From Candidatus Latescibacterota bacterium (lineage in GTDB: Bacteria; Latescibacterota; UBA2968; GCA-2709665): a stretch of DNA of 64,000 bases. Location: NCBI GenBank assembly GCA_963667175.2, contig CAXXXF010000006.1, positions 320,001 through 384,000 on the forward strand. Direction: 5' to 3'. The notes beneath the pieces were generated by a model. That model saw only the letters and a list, made by a program, of their open reading frames with translations, was not told the origin of the DNA and did no database searches. Made by a program: the position numbers and the translations under genes. Below are positions 8,366 to 17,651 of this stretch, one piece after another (the stretch's first letter is position 1; each line of letters begins with the position of its first letter).

Positions 8366-8657
8366 AACGTTCAACTCCGCGACGTCGTAAACGTAACTGG
8401 CTGATCGAACGACGTTCCGCCCCATCCGTCGCACCCGCGCCGGCGTCGCGGCGAGTGCCGCGTCAGCGACGGTAAAATGGAAACCCTGCCCGTGTCTGCC
8501 ATTTTAACGAATCAGCGCCTGAAAAGATCACGTGAATTTACGACATTTCCGACAGATCGCAAACGACGTCGCCAAAAAGCCCCCGGAAGTCCTCCGAAGG
8601 CGTTTCGCTGGTAGGTACATCCATCTGGAAGCGGCCTGCAAGCGGCAGACCCCTTAC

Positions 8658-9881
8658 TCAGTGAATGCCCAGGTTCTGCCAGAACGTGCCCCATGCGAAC
8701 CAGAACCCATTGTGCGAGGGCAACTGGGTCAGCTTCCTGCCCTGGTGCGTGCCGGCGACGCCCACTCCCTTCAGGTTCCAGGTGGTTCCGGTCTCCTCGT
8801 CTTGCAGCAGGAACGGATAGGCGGGCAGCGTCGAATCCATCTTCTCGAACGTGAGCGTGGTTGACTGGCCGTTGACGCTGATCTCACGCGAGAAGGGAAT
8901 GGCCAGCTGCGCATCCCGATAGTGGACGACGACGATGGGATGTTGTATCGGGCCTTCAGATATCACGTCGTTGATGACGTCTTGGGCGTGCATGGCCTGG
9001 AAGGGATAGGCCTTGACCAACTCGCCGAAGCGGACGCCCATCGCCAGGTCCTTGGCGCCGAACAGGGCCGACGTGGATGTGTCCATATTCGGAAATATGA
9101 TATACGAGTGCGACATCCGATAGTCCTGGGCGCCTGAAATATATGGATACTGGGTGTATTGGTTGAGGGGGTAGCTGGTCGAGTTCCCGTCGATGACCCT
9201 GGTGTCGGGGTGGATCCGTTTCCAGTACCCCCACATGCACTCGGTCATTGGCAGCAACTCCAGTTCCTCGCCCTGTCGCGGCCCGAGTACCGCCTTGTAG
9301 ATCATCTGCGGGTAAAGCGACTGCCTGTCACGCCGGTCGTACATGATCAGGTTGTTGTTGAAAAGCAGGCCGGACACGCCCAGGTGTATGCGTTCGCCAT
9401 CGTCGGCGACACCGTTGAATACCATCCCGGTGCCGGTCAGGGGGCACAGCGTCACGATCACGCTTTCGTCGCCGGCCGTATCGTTGATGATCTCGTGCCA
9501 CCAGCCGATATTGTGGGGATAGGCCCTGGGCTCCCCGTTGATCACGATCCCCATGACGATGTCGTCGTCCCGAAGATACCCCGCGCCCGAAGCGCCGGCG
9601 CTGACGAAATCGGGATCGGTGACCGCCGGAATACAATCGGCGCCGTTGCATCCGATGGCGATGTCATCAATCGGAAACGACGACACGTCCAGGAAGTTAC
9701 CACCGGCCATCGGGGGGCGGGCATGCTCGCTGCGGCTGTCCGATGAAGCCGACCCGCCCGTGCCCGAACCCGATCCACCGCCTCCGGTACCGCCGGATGG
9801 GCCGCTAACGGTGTTCCCGCCGCTTCCGCACGCCGCGAATGCAAGAGCGACGATCAAGGGTAACGAATAGAGACGGTTCAT
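8658..9881 (-). CDS. DUF3179-family lipoprotein
   Basis: Lipobox FAAC and a Gly/Ser linker, then DCIPA..P, RAYP...WHEIIND, CPLTGTG, GVSGLLFNNNLIMYDR and FWFAW motifs. Confidence 0.88.
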   Translation of the reverse strand: MNRLYSLPLIVALAFAACGSGGNTVSGPSGGTGGGGSGSGTGGSASSDSRSEHARPPMAGGNFLDVSSFPIDDIAIGCNGADCIPAVTDPDFVSAGASGAGYLRDDDIVMGIVINGEPRAYPHNIGWWHEIINDTAGDESVIVTLCPLTGTGMVFNGVADDGERIHLGVSGLLFNNNLIMYDRRDRQSLYPQMIYKAVLGPRQGEELELLPMTECMWGYWKRIHPDTRVIDGNSTSYPLNQYTQYPYISGAQDYRMSHSYIIFPNMDTSTSALFGAKDLAMGVRFGELVKAYPFQAMHAQDVINDVISEGPIQHPIVVVHYRDAQLAIPFSREISVNGQSTTLTFEKMDSTLPAYPFLLQDEETGTTWNLKGVGVAGTHQGRKLTQLPSHNGFWFAWGTFWQNLGIH

Positions 9882-10007
9882 TCCTGGCCTCAGTCGGGTC
9901 GCGTAAAGGACTTGAGCGTTCAGGGCGAACTTAATGGATTCCGATTTCCGGGAATAAATATACCGGATACGGGATGTAATGTAAACAGTACAAAGTTAGC
10001 GCGTTCC

Positions 10008-10036
10008 TTGACTAAATTCCAACTTCCATATATTTT
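10008..10036 (+). promoter_or_regulatory. Sigma70-type promoter
   Basis: TTGACT, 17 bp, TATTTT, upstream of ATG 10092. Confidence 0.55.
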
Positions 10037-10091
10037 ATGCCTCGCCCGCAGAGCGACTTTATCAACGGACTGCCAACAACGTTCCCGCCAG

Positions 10092-12083
10092 ATGGCACTG
10101 CCAAAACCGCAAGCGACTTCCCCTGAATCGGAAGCCGGCCTCCAGGATCGGGGAATTACCCTCCGTTCCGTGGGGATGGGCGTGCTCGTGTCGGCCCTGA
10201 CCAGCGGCTGGGTCGCCTATTCCCGCACGGCCGCGGACACGTCGTCGGTCAATATCACCCACCTGCCCGTTTCCTTTCTCGGCGTCTTCCTCGTTGTCCT
10301 CACGATCAACCTGATCCTCCGCGCGCGGCCCGGGTCGACCGGTCTGGGTCCATCCGAGATGCTTGTGATCATGGCCATGGGCCTCGTCGCCGCGATGATC
10401 CCGGCACGCGGGCTGACCGGCATCTGGCTGGGACTGATGGCCGTCCCGTACTACCGCAGCACCCCCGAAAACGGCTGGATCGACTATATCCAGCCCCATC
10501 TTCCGGACTATCTGTTCCCGACCAACGACGGCCGGCAGACGTCTCTGCTCTACGAGGGCCTGCCGCCGGGCGCCGATATTCCCTGGAACGTCTGGTACCT
10601 CCCGCTGTTCTGGTGGCTCACGCTCATTCTGGCGGGATTCACGGTTTGCGCGTGCATCGCGGCGATCCTCCGAAAACAGTGGGTTGAGTACGAACGCCTC
10701 GACTATCCCCTCCTGGCGCCGATTCTGGAAACCATCGACGACGTCCGCGACCCTTCGGGTAAGAACAAGTGGCCGGACTACTTCAAGGGGCGCCTCTTCT
10801 GGATCGGATTCGGAATCGCCTTCGGAATCATTGGCTGGAACATGATCTCCTATTTCCAGCCCACGTGGCCGCGCATCAGCATGAGCCCGAACAAGGGCCT
10901 GTTCTACTTCGCGCGGGTCTTTCCGCCCCTGCTCACGCATATCAATACGTACACGATCGGCTTCGGGTATTTCGTGAAGCTGGAAATCCTCTTCTCCATC
11001 TGGTTCTTCCACTTCCTGCTGATGTCCGAGATCGCCCTGATCAGAAAAACCGGCTTTCAGTTCGGCCGGATGCACAAGTCCGGCGGCGGATGGGGCGATC
11101 CGCTCGTGCAGTGGCAGTGTCTCGGCGCGCTCTTCGTCTTCGTCGCGTGGGGGTTCTGGGCCGCGCGGCGCCATCTCAGAGACGTGATCCGCAAGGCATT
11201 CTTCAATGAACCCGGCGTGGATGATTCCAACGAAATTCTCTCGTACCGCACGGCCGTCATCGGGTTTATCGCGGGAAACCTCTACATTGTCGCCTGGCTG
11301 CACCAGGCGGGTATCGAACTCGCATTGATGGCCATCACCGTTCCGGCGTCGATCATCATCTATATCGCGCTGGCGAGATTCGTGTGCGAGTCCGGCACGC
11401 TCTACCTGGGCCTGCCCACCAGCCCCCTGGATATGGGCTATCAGATCCTGGGCACCGAGACCATTTCCGCAAGGGTGCTGACCGCATCGGCCACGTCGCA
11501 CGCGCTCCGGTGGATGTATTTCATGCCGGCGCTTTCCCAGGGCGTCAAGGCCATCGACCGCGCGCGGGGCAACCGCCGCATGTTGTTCTGGGCCGTGCTG
11601 GGCGGACTCCTCACCGCGTTGGCCGTGAACGTCTGGATGGTGCTCTATCTCGGATATAAATACGGGGCGTTCAACTTCACGGAATATCCCTTCACGAGGT
11701 ATGCGCCCCGCCTTTACGATGCCGTCGTGTCGAACATAAAATCGCCGGAACCGGCCTCGTGGGAACGACTCGTGCTGTTCGGATTCGGCGGACTCATCAT
11801 GGCCGCGCTCACGCTTTTGCGATACCGTCTGCCGTGGTGGCCGCTGCACCCCGTGGGATTCATCGTGACCACGACCAGCCTGCTTCACGAAATCACCGCC
11901 ATCCTCATCGTCTGGCTGTTCAAAGCCATTGTCATGCGCGTTGGCGGCGTGGGACTGTATCGCTATTTCCTTCCGCTCTTCTTCGGAATCATCGTCGGCC
12001 GGGCCACGGGTGTCCTGGTCTCGTTTCTGGTGGATCTGATCTGGTTTCCCGGAGGGGGCCACCACGTCCATGGATGGGCTTAA
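10092..12083 (+). CDS. Polytopic membrane protein, DUF6785/DUF6784-type (putative OPT-like transporter)
   Basis: Many TM helices; motifs TPENGW, IPW..W..PL.WW, LRKQWVEYERLDYPL and WWPLHPVG. Start moved to ATG 10092 (MALPKP) because of the promoter position. Confidence 0.8.
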   Translation: MALPKPQATSPESEAGLQDRGITLRSVGMGVLVSALTSGWVAYSRTAADTSSVNITHLPVSFLGVFLVVLTINLILRARPGSTGLGPSEMLVIMAMGLVAAMIPARGLTGIWLGLMAVPYYRSTPENGWIDYIQPHLPDYLFPTNDGRQTSLLYEGLPPGADIPWNVWYLPLFWWLTLILAGFTVCACIAAILRKQWVEYERLDYPLLAPILETIDDVRDPSGKNKWPDYFKGRLFWIGFGIAFGIIGWNMISYFQPTWPRISMSPNKGLFYFARVFPPLLTHINTYTIGFGYFVKLEILFSIWFFHFLLMSEIALIRKTGFQFGRMHKSGGGWGDPLVQWQCLGALFVFVAWGFWAARRHLRDVIRKAFFNEPGVDDSNEILSYRTAVIGFIAGNLYIVAWLHQAGIELALMAITVPASIIIYIALARFVCESGTLYLGLPTSPLDMGYQILGTETISARVLTASATSHALRWMYFMPALSQGVKAIDRARGNRRMLFWAVLGGLLTALAVNVWMVLYLGYKYGAFNFTEYPFTRYAPRLYDAVVSNIKSPEPASWERLVLFGFGGLIMAALTLLRYRLPWWPLHPVGFIVTTTSLLHEITAILIVWLFKAIVMRVGGVGLYRYFLPLFFGIIVGRATGVLVSFLVDLIWFPGGGHHVHGWA

Positions 12084-12170
12084 CAGCCCGTTGATAAAGT
12101 CCATCCTGCCAGCGTCCGGCCCTTGTGACCGAACTACGGCGTTGCCTGCCTGCAGCAGGCAGGCGCTCCC
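12084..12170 (+). repeat. MITE/REP-like dispersed repeat, copy 2, with palindromic insert at 12144-12164
   Basis: CAGCCCGTTGATAAAGTCCATCC...GCGTCCGGCCCTTGTGAC...CGTT[GCCTGCCTGCAGCAGGCAG]GCGCT aligns with 5609-5698. Confidence 0.65.
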
Positions 12171-12243
12171 TTGACAGGTCTCCTCGTTTCCGCGTTATTT
12201 TTCATTCAACCTGCACCGTGTCGTCTCTCCGGAGGAATTGCCC

Positions 12244-14016
12244 ATGACAAGATGCGTATTGATTTCAATTGCTGGTGTCGTGATTTTCAGTTCTGTCGCC
12301 GCCGCGCAGGATGGGACCCTGCTGTACAGTTTTCCCCATGAATTCACTCCATTTGACGAAATGGGCGGGTTGCCGGGCGCCGCGATGTTCGACTACGACA
12401 ACGACGGCGACCTGGATATCTACGTGGCGAACGGACATGGCTATCGCAACTACCTTCTCGAGAACGACGGGGAAGGCGATTTCAGGGACGTGAGCAGGGA
12501 GGCGGGGGTGGCCGTCACGGTTGAAACACACGGCGTGGCGAGCGCCGATATCGACAACGACGGCGACGCCGACCTGTTTGCGGCCACGGACGGCCGGAAT
12601 TATCTCTTCCTGAACAACGGCGACGGGACGTTTGACGACATCACGGAATCCGCGGGCATCGTCTCCCGCTATTTTTCGTCGACCGTTGCGTTTGCGGACG
12701 TCGACAACGACGGGTACGTGGACGTTTACGTGGGCGGCGCAGGCGGCGAGGACGGCGTGGAGCGTAACAGAATCGTGGGCACGGGCGAACTCTATCTCAA
12801 CAACGGCGATCTCACTTTCAGGGACATTACCGATGAAACCGGCACCGAAGCGACTTACACATGGTCCGTCCGCTTCTGCGACTACGACGACGACGGAGAC
12901 CCCGACCTGTTTACCGCAAACGACCAGGGGATTGCGCTTGCAGGTGAATGGTCTCCGATCCGATTATATCGTAATGACGGCAACCTGAGGTTCACCGACG
13001 TCACCCGGGAGGCCGGCCTAGGCATCACCGGAAGCTGGATGGGGCTCGCGTTCGGAGACTACGACCAGGACGGCGACTTCGACTTCTTCGCGACCAACGT
13101 GGGCGGCTCCTTCGTGGACAAGAAGGGGCACCAGGAGTACGATCTGCACGGGTTCTTCCGCAACGACGGCGGCGTATTCAGAAATATCGCGGAGGAACTG
13201 GAAGTCTCGGAGAACCTTACACTGGCCAAGCTGGAGTTCGGATGGGGCACGGTCTTTACGGATTTCGACAACGACGGCGACCTGGACCTGTACTACGTGG
13301 GAAACTACGATATGCTCCAGGCGTATAACAACCCCGGACACCTTCTGATCAACGACGGCGCCGGAGCGTTCAGGGATTCCACGGCCCGCTATGGTCTGAG
13401 GACGATCGATGGTACGGGCACACCCTCCATTGCGGTGGGCGTTGCTACCGGCGACGTCAACAACGACGGCCACGTGGACATTTTCGTCGCCAACGCCGGG
13501 ACGAATTTCCGAACGGGCTATCCAATGCTGTTTACGAAAAAATTCGACGACAACAACTGGATTCGCCTGAAACTCGAAGGCGCCGAAAGCAACCGGTCGG
13601 CCATCGGCGCCAGGATCCGGCTTACAGCCGGCGGAAAGACCCAGATCCGCGACGTGGCCAGCGGAGGCAGCAGTTTCTCTCAGAACAGCCTGTGGCCCAC
13701 GTTCGGCATCGGCGAGAGCACGGTGATCGACGACATCGAAATCCGCTGGCCCAGCGGGATCGTACAGACGTTCAAGGAGGTCGAGCCCAACCAGACGCTG
13801 GAGATCCTGGAGGAGCGTCCGCTCCCCGTCGTCGTCTACGCCAACCCCCGTGCCGACTTCAACGGCGACGGCGCGGTCGACTTCGGCGATTTCATCGCCA
13901 TCGCCGGCGCGTTCAATACGAATGATTCAATCTATGATCTGAACGGGAACGGCGTGGTTGACTTCAACGATTTCATCGAATTCGCGAAGTCGTTCGGGCG
14001 ACCGCTGCCACCATGA
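12244..14016 (+). CDS. Secreted CRTAC1-like protein: FG-GAP/VCBS repeats, ASPIC/UnbV domain, C-terminal dockerin/EF-hand pair
   Basis: Signal peptide; repeated D(Y/F/I)DNDGDxD motifs; SNRSAIGARI...IEIRWPSG; tail DFNGDGAVDFGDF...DLNGNGVVDFNDF. RBS GGAGGA. Confidence 0.9.
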   Translation: MTRCVLISIAGVVIFSSVAAAQDGTLLYSFPHEFTPFDEMGGLPGAAMFDYDNDGDLDIYVANGHGYRNYLLENDGEGDFRDVSREAGVAVTVETHGVASADIDNDGDADLFAATDGRNYLFLNNGDGTFDDITESAGIVSRYFSSTVAFADVDNDGYVDVYVGGAGGEDGVERNRIVGTGELYLNNGDLTFRDITDETGTEATYTWSVRFCDYDDDGDPDLFTANDQGIALAGEWSPIRLYRNDGNLRFTDVTREAGLGITGSWMGLAFGDYDQDGDFDFFATNVGGSFVDKKGHQEYDLHGFFRNDGGVFRNIAEELEVSENLTLAKLEFGWGTVFTDFDNDGDLDLYYVGNYDMLQAYNNPGHLLINDGAGAFRDSTARYGLRTIDGTGTPSIAVGVATGDVNNDGHVDIFVANAGTNFRTGYPMLFTKKFDDNNWIRLKLEGAESNRSAIGARIRLTAGGKTQIRDVASGGSSFSQNSLWPTFGIGESTVIDDIEIRWPSGIVQTFKEVEPNQTLEILEERPLPVVVYANPRADFNGDGAVDFGDFIAIAGAFNTNDSIYDLNGNGVVDFNDFIEFAKSFGRPLPP

Positions 14017-14043
14017 AAGAGCCCGGCGGAGCTTTCGCCGGGC
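14017..14043 (-). terminator. Hairpin between convergent genes
   Basis: GCCCGGCG-loop-CGCCGGGC with a short U-tract on the minus strand. Confidence 0.45.
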
Positions 14044-14073
14044 CTCGCCTGTCGTGTCCACCTCGTCAACGTC

Positions 14074-15006
14074 TCAGGGTTCCTCCACCACGACGAAACC
14101 CAGGGAGTCCACGGATGCGGACCCGAAGAGGCCGATCCCTCCCTCCACGTGGAAGAGCGGCCGCCGGAAGTTCTCGCCGGCCAGCCCGCCGAACCAGCCC
14201 TCCTGTGCCTGTGGCCCCGAGCGGACGTAGTCGTACCAATTCCGGTCCACCGCGTAAATCCGCATCAGGTGACGCCCGGTGAAATAGATCGCAAACCACG
14301 GCAGCCTGACGCTTCCTTCGGTAGACTCGATCGCCGGCGAACTTCCCGTGCGGTCCGGGCTTCCTTCAGATAGTTCTCTGTCGACCTCATCGGCTTCCCC
14401 GTCCAGACTCACGATACCGACCTGATAGCCCGGTACGTCGATCGGATCGAACCTGGCCTCGAGAAATCCAGTCTTGTAAACCACCCTGTTCTCCGGCGCA
14501 AGAAAGACCCCGTCCGCCGCTTCGGCAAACGTCTTCAGTTTCTGCAGCACCTGCTCGGTCTCCTGATTCAGAACGAGGCCCTCACGCAAACGGAACGGGC
14601 CGGGGGTGACCGTCGTCGCGCGCGCCGTCCTCCCCTTTGCGGTGACGACGAGGGCATACTGCGTTTCGGGGGTGACGAAAGGAGGGTCGGGCGGCGGCGC
14701 ATACTGAAACGGACTTGCATCCGGATCCCGGACGTACCGGAAGACGCGGTCGCCCTGATGGATCTCCACGACGGCGTCCGATACCACGACGTGTCTGAGG
14801 CTGTCGCGGTCGCCTGCAGCCACGGTCCGCGTCACGAAGACCGGGGGAAGCGGCCGTCCCACAATCAGCAGTCCGTCCAGCACCAGTTCGCCGCCGGCAT
14901 CCGGGCCGAACAACGATTCGGGCGTCCGTTCGGCCTGACATGCCGCCGTCAGCAGGCCGAAAACGACAGCCAGGATCTTTCGGACGGTAATCGGCGATTT
15001 CATCAA
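14074..15006 (-). CDS. DUF4249-like lipoprotein accompanying the TonB-dependent receptor
   Basis: Lipobox LTAAC; ELVLDGLL, YALVV and the C-terminal HVEGGIGLFGS motif; lies directly downstream of the TBDR. Confidence 0.75.
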   Translation of the reverse strand: MMKSPITVRKILAVVFGLLTAACQAERTPESLFGPDAGGELVLDGLLIVGRPLPPVFVTRTVAAGDRDSLRHVVVSDAVVEIHQGDRVFRYVRDPDASPFQYAPPPDPPFVTPETQYALVVTAKGRTARATTVTPGPFRLREGLVLNQETEQVLQKLKTFAEAADGVFLAPENRVVYKTGFLEARFDPIDVPGYQVGIVSLDGEADEVDRELSEGSPDRTGSSPAIESTEGSVRLPWFAIYFTGRHLMRIYAVDRNWYDYVRSGPQAQEGWFGGLAGENFRRPLFHVEGGIGLFGSASVDSLGFVVVEEP

Positions 15007-15087
15007 AGGGATCTCCCGGAACGGGATGCCGGAAGCCGTGACAAGCGCATCGAAGGCACATCCGGACGGGTCAGAGCCGTTGGGATA

Positions 15088-17325
15088 TCAAAATGCATAG
15101 TTGATGCCCAGCGTGGGCACGACCGGCAGCATCTTCACGACCTCGGGATCGGCATGGACGGCATCCGGATCGAACTGGACGAACCACTCGTTGCGGCGGC
15201 TGTAGACGTTGAACACCTGGATATAGGCCTCCGCGTCGGTTCCGAAAACCCGGAATCCACGTTTGATACTCACGTCCAGCCTGTGATACGGCAGCAGCCG
15301 CGCGCTGTTCCGGTCGGCCGGCAGCGCATAGTTCTCGATTCCCGCGTCCGGCTCGGCGGGCGTCCTCAGCCTGTATACCGCCGAGGCCGGCGTAAACGCC
15401 TGCCCCGTCGCGTACAGCAGATTGGCGCCGAAGGTCCACCTGCCCACCCGCCAGTTGCTCACGAAAGAGAGATCGTGCCGCCTGTCGTACTTGGGCGGAA
15501 ACGTCTTGCCGCCGTTCAATTCCGCGAACCGCCGCCGCGTCCATCCCAGCGTATATCCGATCCATCCGGTGACCGACCCGGTGCGCCTCTGCAGGAAGAA
15601 TTCAACGCCGGCGGCGACGCCGGTCCCGCCGCTCACGAAGGTGTCTTCGGAGGTGCCCGCATCGGCGCCGACGGCAACGTTGTTGTCGAACAGCACCAGG
15701 TTCGCAAAGTCCGTACAGTACCCTTCCAACGTCAGTTGATACCGCTTCGAGGGTTCCCATTCCACGCCGGCGACGCCCTGCCAGGAACGGCCCGGCGCCA
15801 CGGTCCGGTCGAGAGGGACCCAGACGTCTCCGCCGCTGAAAACCTCCGTGGTCACCAGCTGGATGTACTGCCTGTATGATCCGACGCCCAGCTTCAGCTT
15901 CAACGCCGGCGTGAACCCGTGGCTGAGGGCGAACCGGGGTTCGGCGTGAAACCGGTTTCCCTCGCTGAAATAGCTGGCGCGCGCGCCCAGCCTGACGCTG
16001 GTCTCCGCGCGCGGCTGCCACAGGTCCTGCGCATACGCCGACAACAGGATCGGCCTTTCGCGGATATCCAGCTGATCGACCCGATTGAAACTCTGCCGGT
16101 AAGCAAAGTCGTACCAGGTGGCAAGGAATCCGGAATTCAGGGAATGCCGGCTGCTCGCGAAAAAGTCCAGATCCCCTTTTATGGTCATATCCCGGATCCC
16201 GTTGGAAAACAGGATCGGGGTCTCGATTGCGCGCACTTCAGTGTAACTGTCGTATTTGCTTCCCGACACCACGAGATTTCCGAACACGGCAGGAGAAAAC
16301 ACGTGGGTCCATCGTCCCGTGAAGGCCGTATTTCCCCACCGTACGTTGAAAAAACTCCCATCCTCGAATTCGAAATTCAAGTCGTCGCGTCCGAAGTATC
16401 CACTGAGCATCAGCCTGTCGCCGTCCGCGAAATCCTGGTTGAACTTTGCATTCGTATCGTAGAAATAGTAGGACGGCACTTCGGTGTCTTCGTCCTCGAT
16501 CAACGAGAGTACCGGTTCCAGATACGTCCGCCTTCCGGAGACCATCCAGGAACCCCTCCCGGCCGGTCCCTCCAGGGTCATTCGGGCGGAAATCAGGCTG
16601 ATCCCTCCCGTTCCCTCGAACCCCTTCCGGTTGCCGTCGCGGTTGCGCACGTCCAGAACGGCCCCCAGCCTTCCACCGTATTGTGCAGGGTAGGCGCCCT
16701 TGTGCAGGCTCATATCCTTGATGGCGTCGGGATTGAACGTGGAAAAGAAGCCGAACGCGTGCGTCGGGTTGTACAGGGGGATCTGATCCAGCAGGATCAG
16801 CGTCTGGTCCGGTCCGCCGCCCCGGATATACAACCCGCTGCTGAAATCCGAAGCCGCCTGGATTCCCGGCAGCAGCTGAAGGCTGCGAAGGAGGTCGGTC
16901 TCACCGACGGCGGGCAACTCCTGCAGCTGCGCGGTTTCCAGCGTCACAAAACCCGTCTGCACGTTCCGCTCCGCCTCGTACGGGTCCGCTTCAACCACGA
17001 TCTCCCGGGTCAGAATCGGTTCGGGGACCAGCTGCACGTTCAACTCCCGAAGCTCTGTCCCGGAAAACCGAAGTGTGTCAGCGTAACTCCGGTATCCGAT
17101 GTAGGAGACGATGAATAGGTACTCGCCGGGGGGGATATGCCGAATCGCGTAGTAAGCGTCCACGTTGCTCAGCGCGCCCAGCGGCGAGTCGCCCCCTTTG
17201 AGAACCACGTTCGAGTAGGGGAGCGACTCGCCGCTCGTGCCGTCCGTGACGAATCCGCTCAACGTGGCGGCCCACAAGCTACCGGGAAAGAGAAGAGCCA
17301 GTATCAGAATGCGCATTGTGTACAC
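15088..17325 (-). CDS. TonB-dependent outer-membrane receptor with carboxypeptidase-regulatory-like N-domain
   Basis: LSGFVTDGTSGESLP N-domain; plug LQLLPGI..GLYIRGGGPDQTLILLD..YNP.H; AQYGGRLGAVLD; YHRLD; terminal F. Confidence 0.93.
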   Translation of the reverse strand: MYTMRILILALLFPGSLWAATLSGFVTDGTSGESLPYSNVVLKGGDSPLGALSNVDAYYAIRHIPPGEYLFIVSYIGYRSYADTLRFSGTELRELNVQLVPEPILTREIVVEADPYEAERNVQTGFVTLETAQLQELPAVGETDLLRSLQLLPGIQAASDFSSGLYIRGGGPDQTLILLDQIPLYNPTHAFGFFSTFNPDAIKDMSLHKGAYPAQYGGRLGAVLDVRNRDGNRKGFEGTGGISLISARMTLEGPAGRGSWMVSGRRTYLEPVLSLIEDEDTEVPSYYFYDTNAKFNQDFADGDRLMLSGYFGRDDLNFEFEDGSFFNVRWGNTAFTGRWTHVFSPAVFGNLVVSGSKYDSYTEVRAIETPILFSNGIRDMTIKGDLDFFASSRHSLNSGFLATWYDFAYRQSFNRVDQLDIRERPILLSAYAQDLWQPRAETSVRLGARASYFSEGNRFHAEPRFALSHGFTPALKLKLGVGSYRQYIQLVTTEVFSGGDVWVPLDRTVAPGRSWQGVAGVEWEPSKRYQLTLEGYCTDFANLVLFDNNVAVGADAGTSEDTFVSGGTGVAAGVEFFLQRRTGSVTGWIGYTLGWTRRRFAELNGGKTFPPKYDRRHDLSFVSNWRVGRWTFGANLLYATGQAFTPASAVYRLRTPAEPDAGIENYALPADRNSARLLPYHRLDVSIKRGFRVFGTDAEAYIQVFNVYSRRNEWFVQFDPDAVHADPEVVKMLPVVPTLGINYAF

Positions 17326-17500
17326 CAGGAGGCCTCCATGCGCGTTTTACTGCCGAGCACCTGCAGGACCGGGACCGCTCAGACCGAATCCCGGCTTCGT
17401 GCGTGTTCATTCAGCACTTCACGGGCTGAATTGATTTCTTTTGTGTTTTCGTGCCTGTTGCGGCAATTGCATTTTGCGCGTCAAACGGGTTCAGGCGCAG

Positions 17501-17527
17501 AAAAGCCCGGCGTTTTCGCCGGGCTTT
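17501..17527. terminator. Intrinsic (bidirectional) terminator
   Basis: AAAAGCCCGGCG-TTTT-CGCCGGGCTTT downstream of the SDR operon. Confidence 0.7.
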
Positions 17528-17651
17528 GTATTTCGGAACCCGTGCGCAGTCCGTCAGGTCCGCTTCTGGAACGACCGGATCCCGATTGGAGTTCCCGAAT
17601 TCCGCGTCCACGCCGCCCCTTCGGATTCCTTTGCGGCAGACATGGCCATGG

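Noticed and set aside
10062-12104. 680-aa antisense ORF (likewise 18991-20790, 26262-27932, 34249-36225, 54329-55561, 60170-61681)
   Set aside because: Shadow frames opposite well-supported genes, as expected from high GC3; no recognisable motifs.
17326-17500. Cobalamin or TPP riboswitch upstream of the TonB-dependent receptor
   Set aside because: No B12-box or TPP consensus found by eye; only a palindromic GGAGGCCTCC at the RBS.
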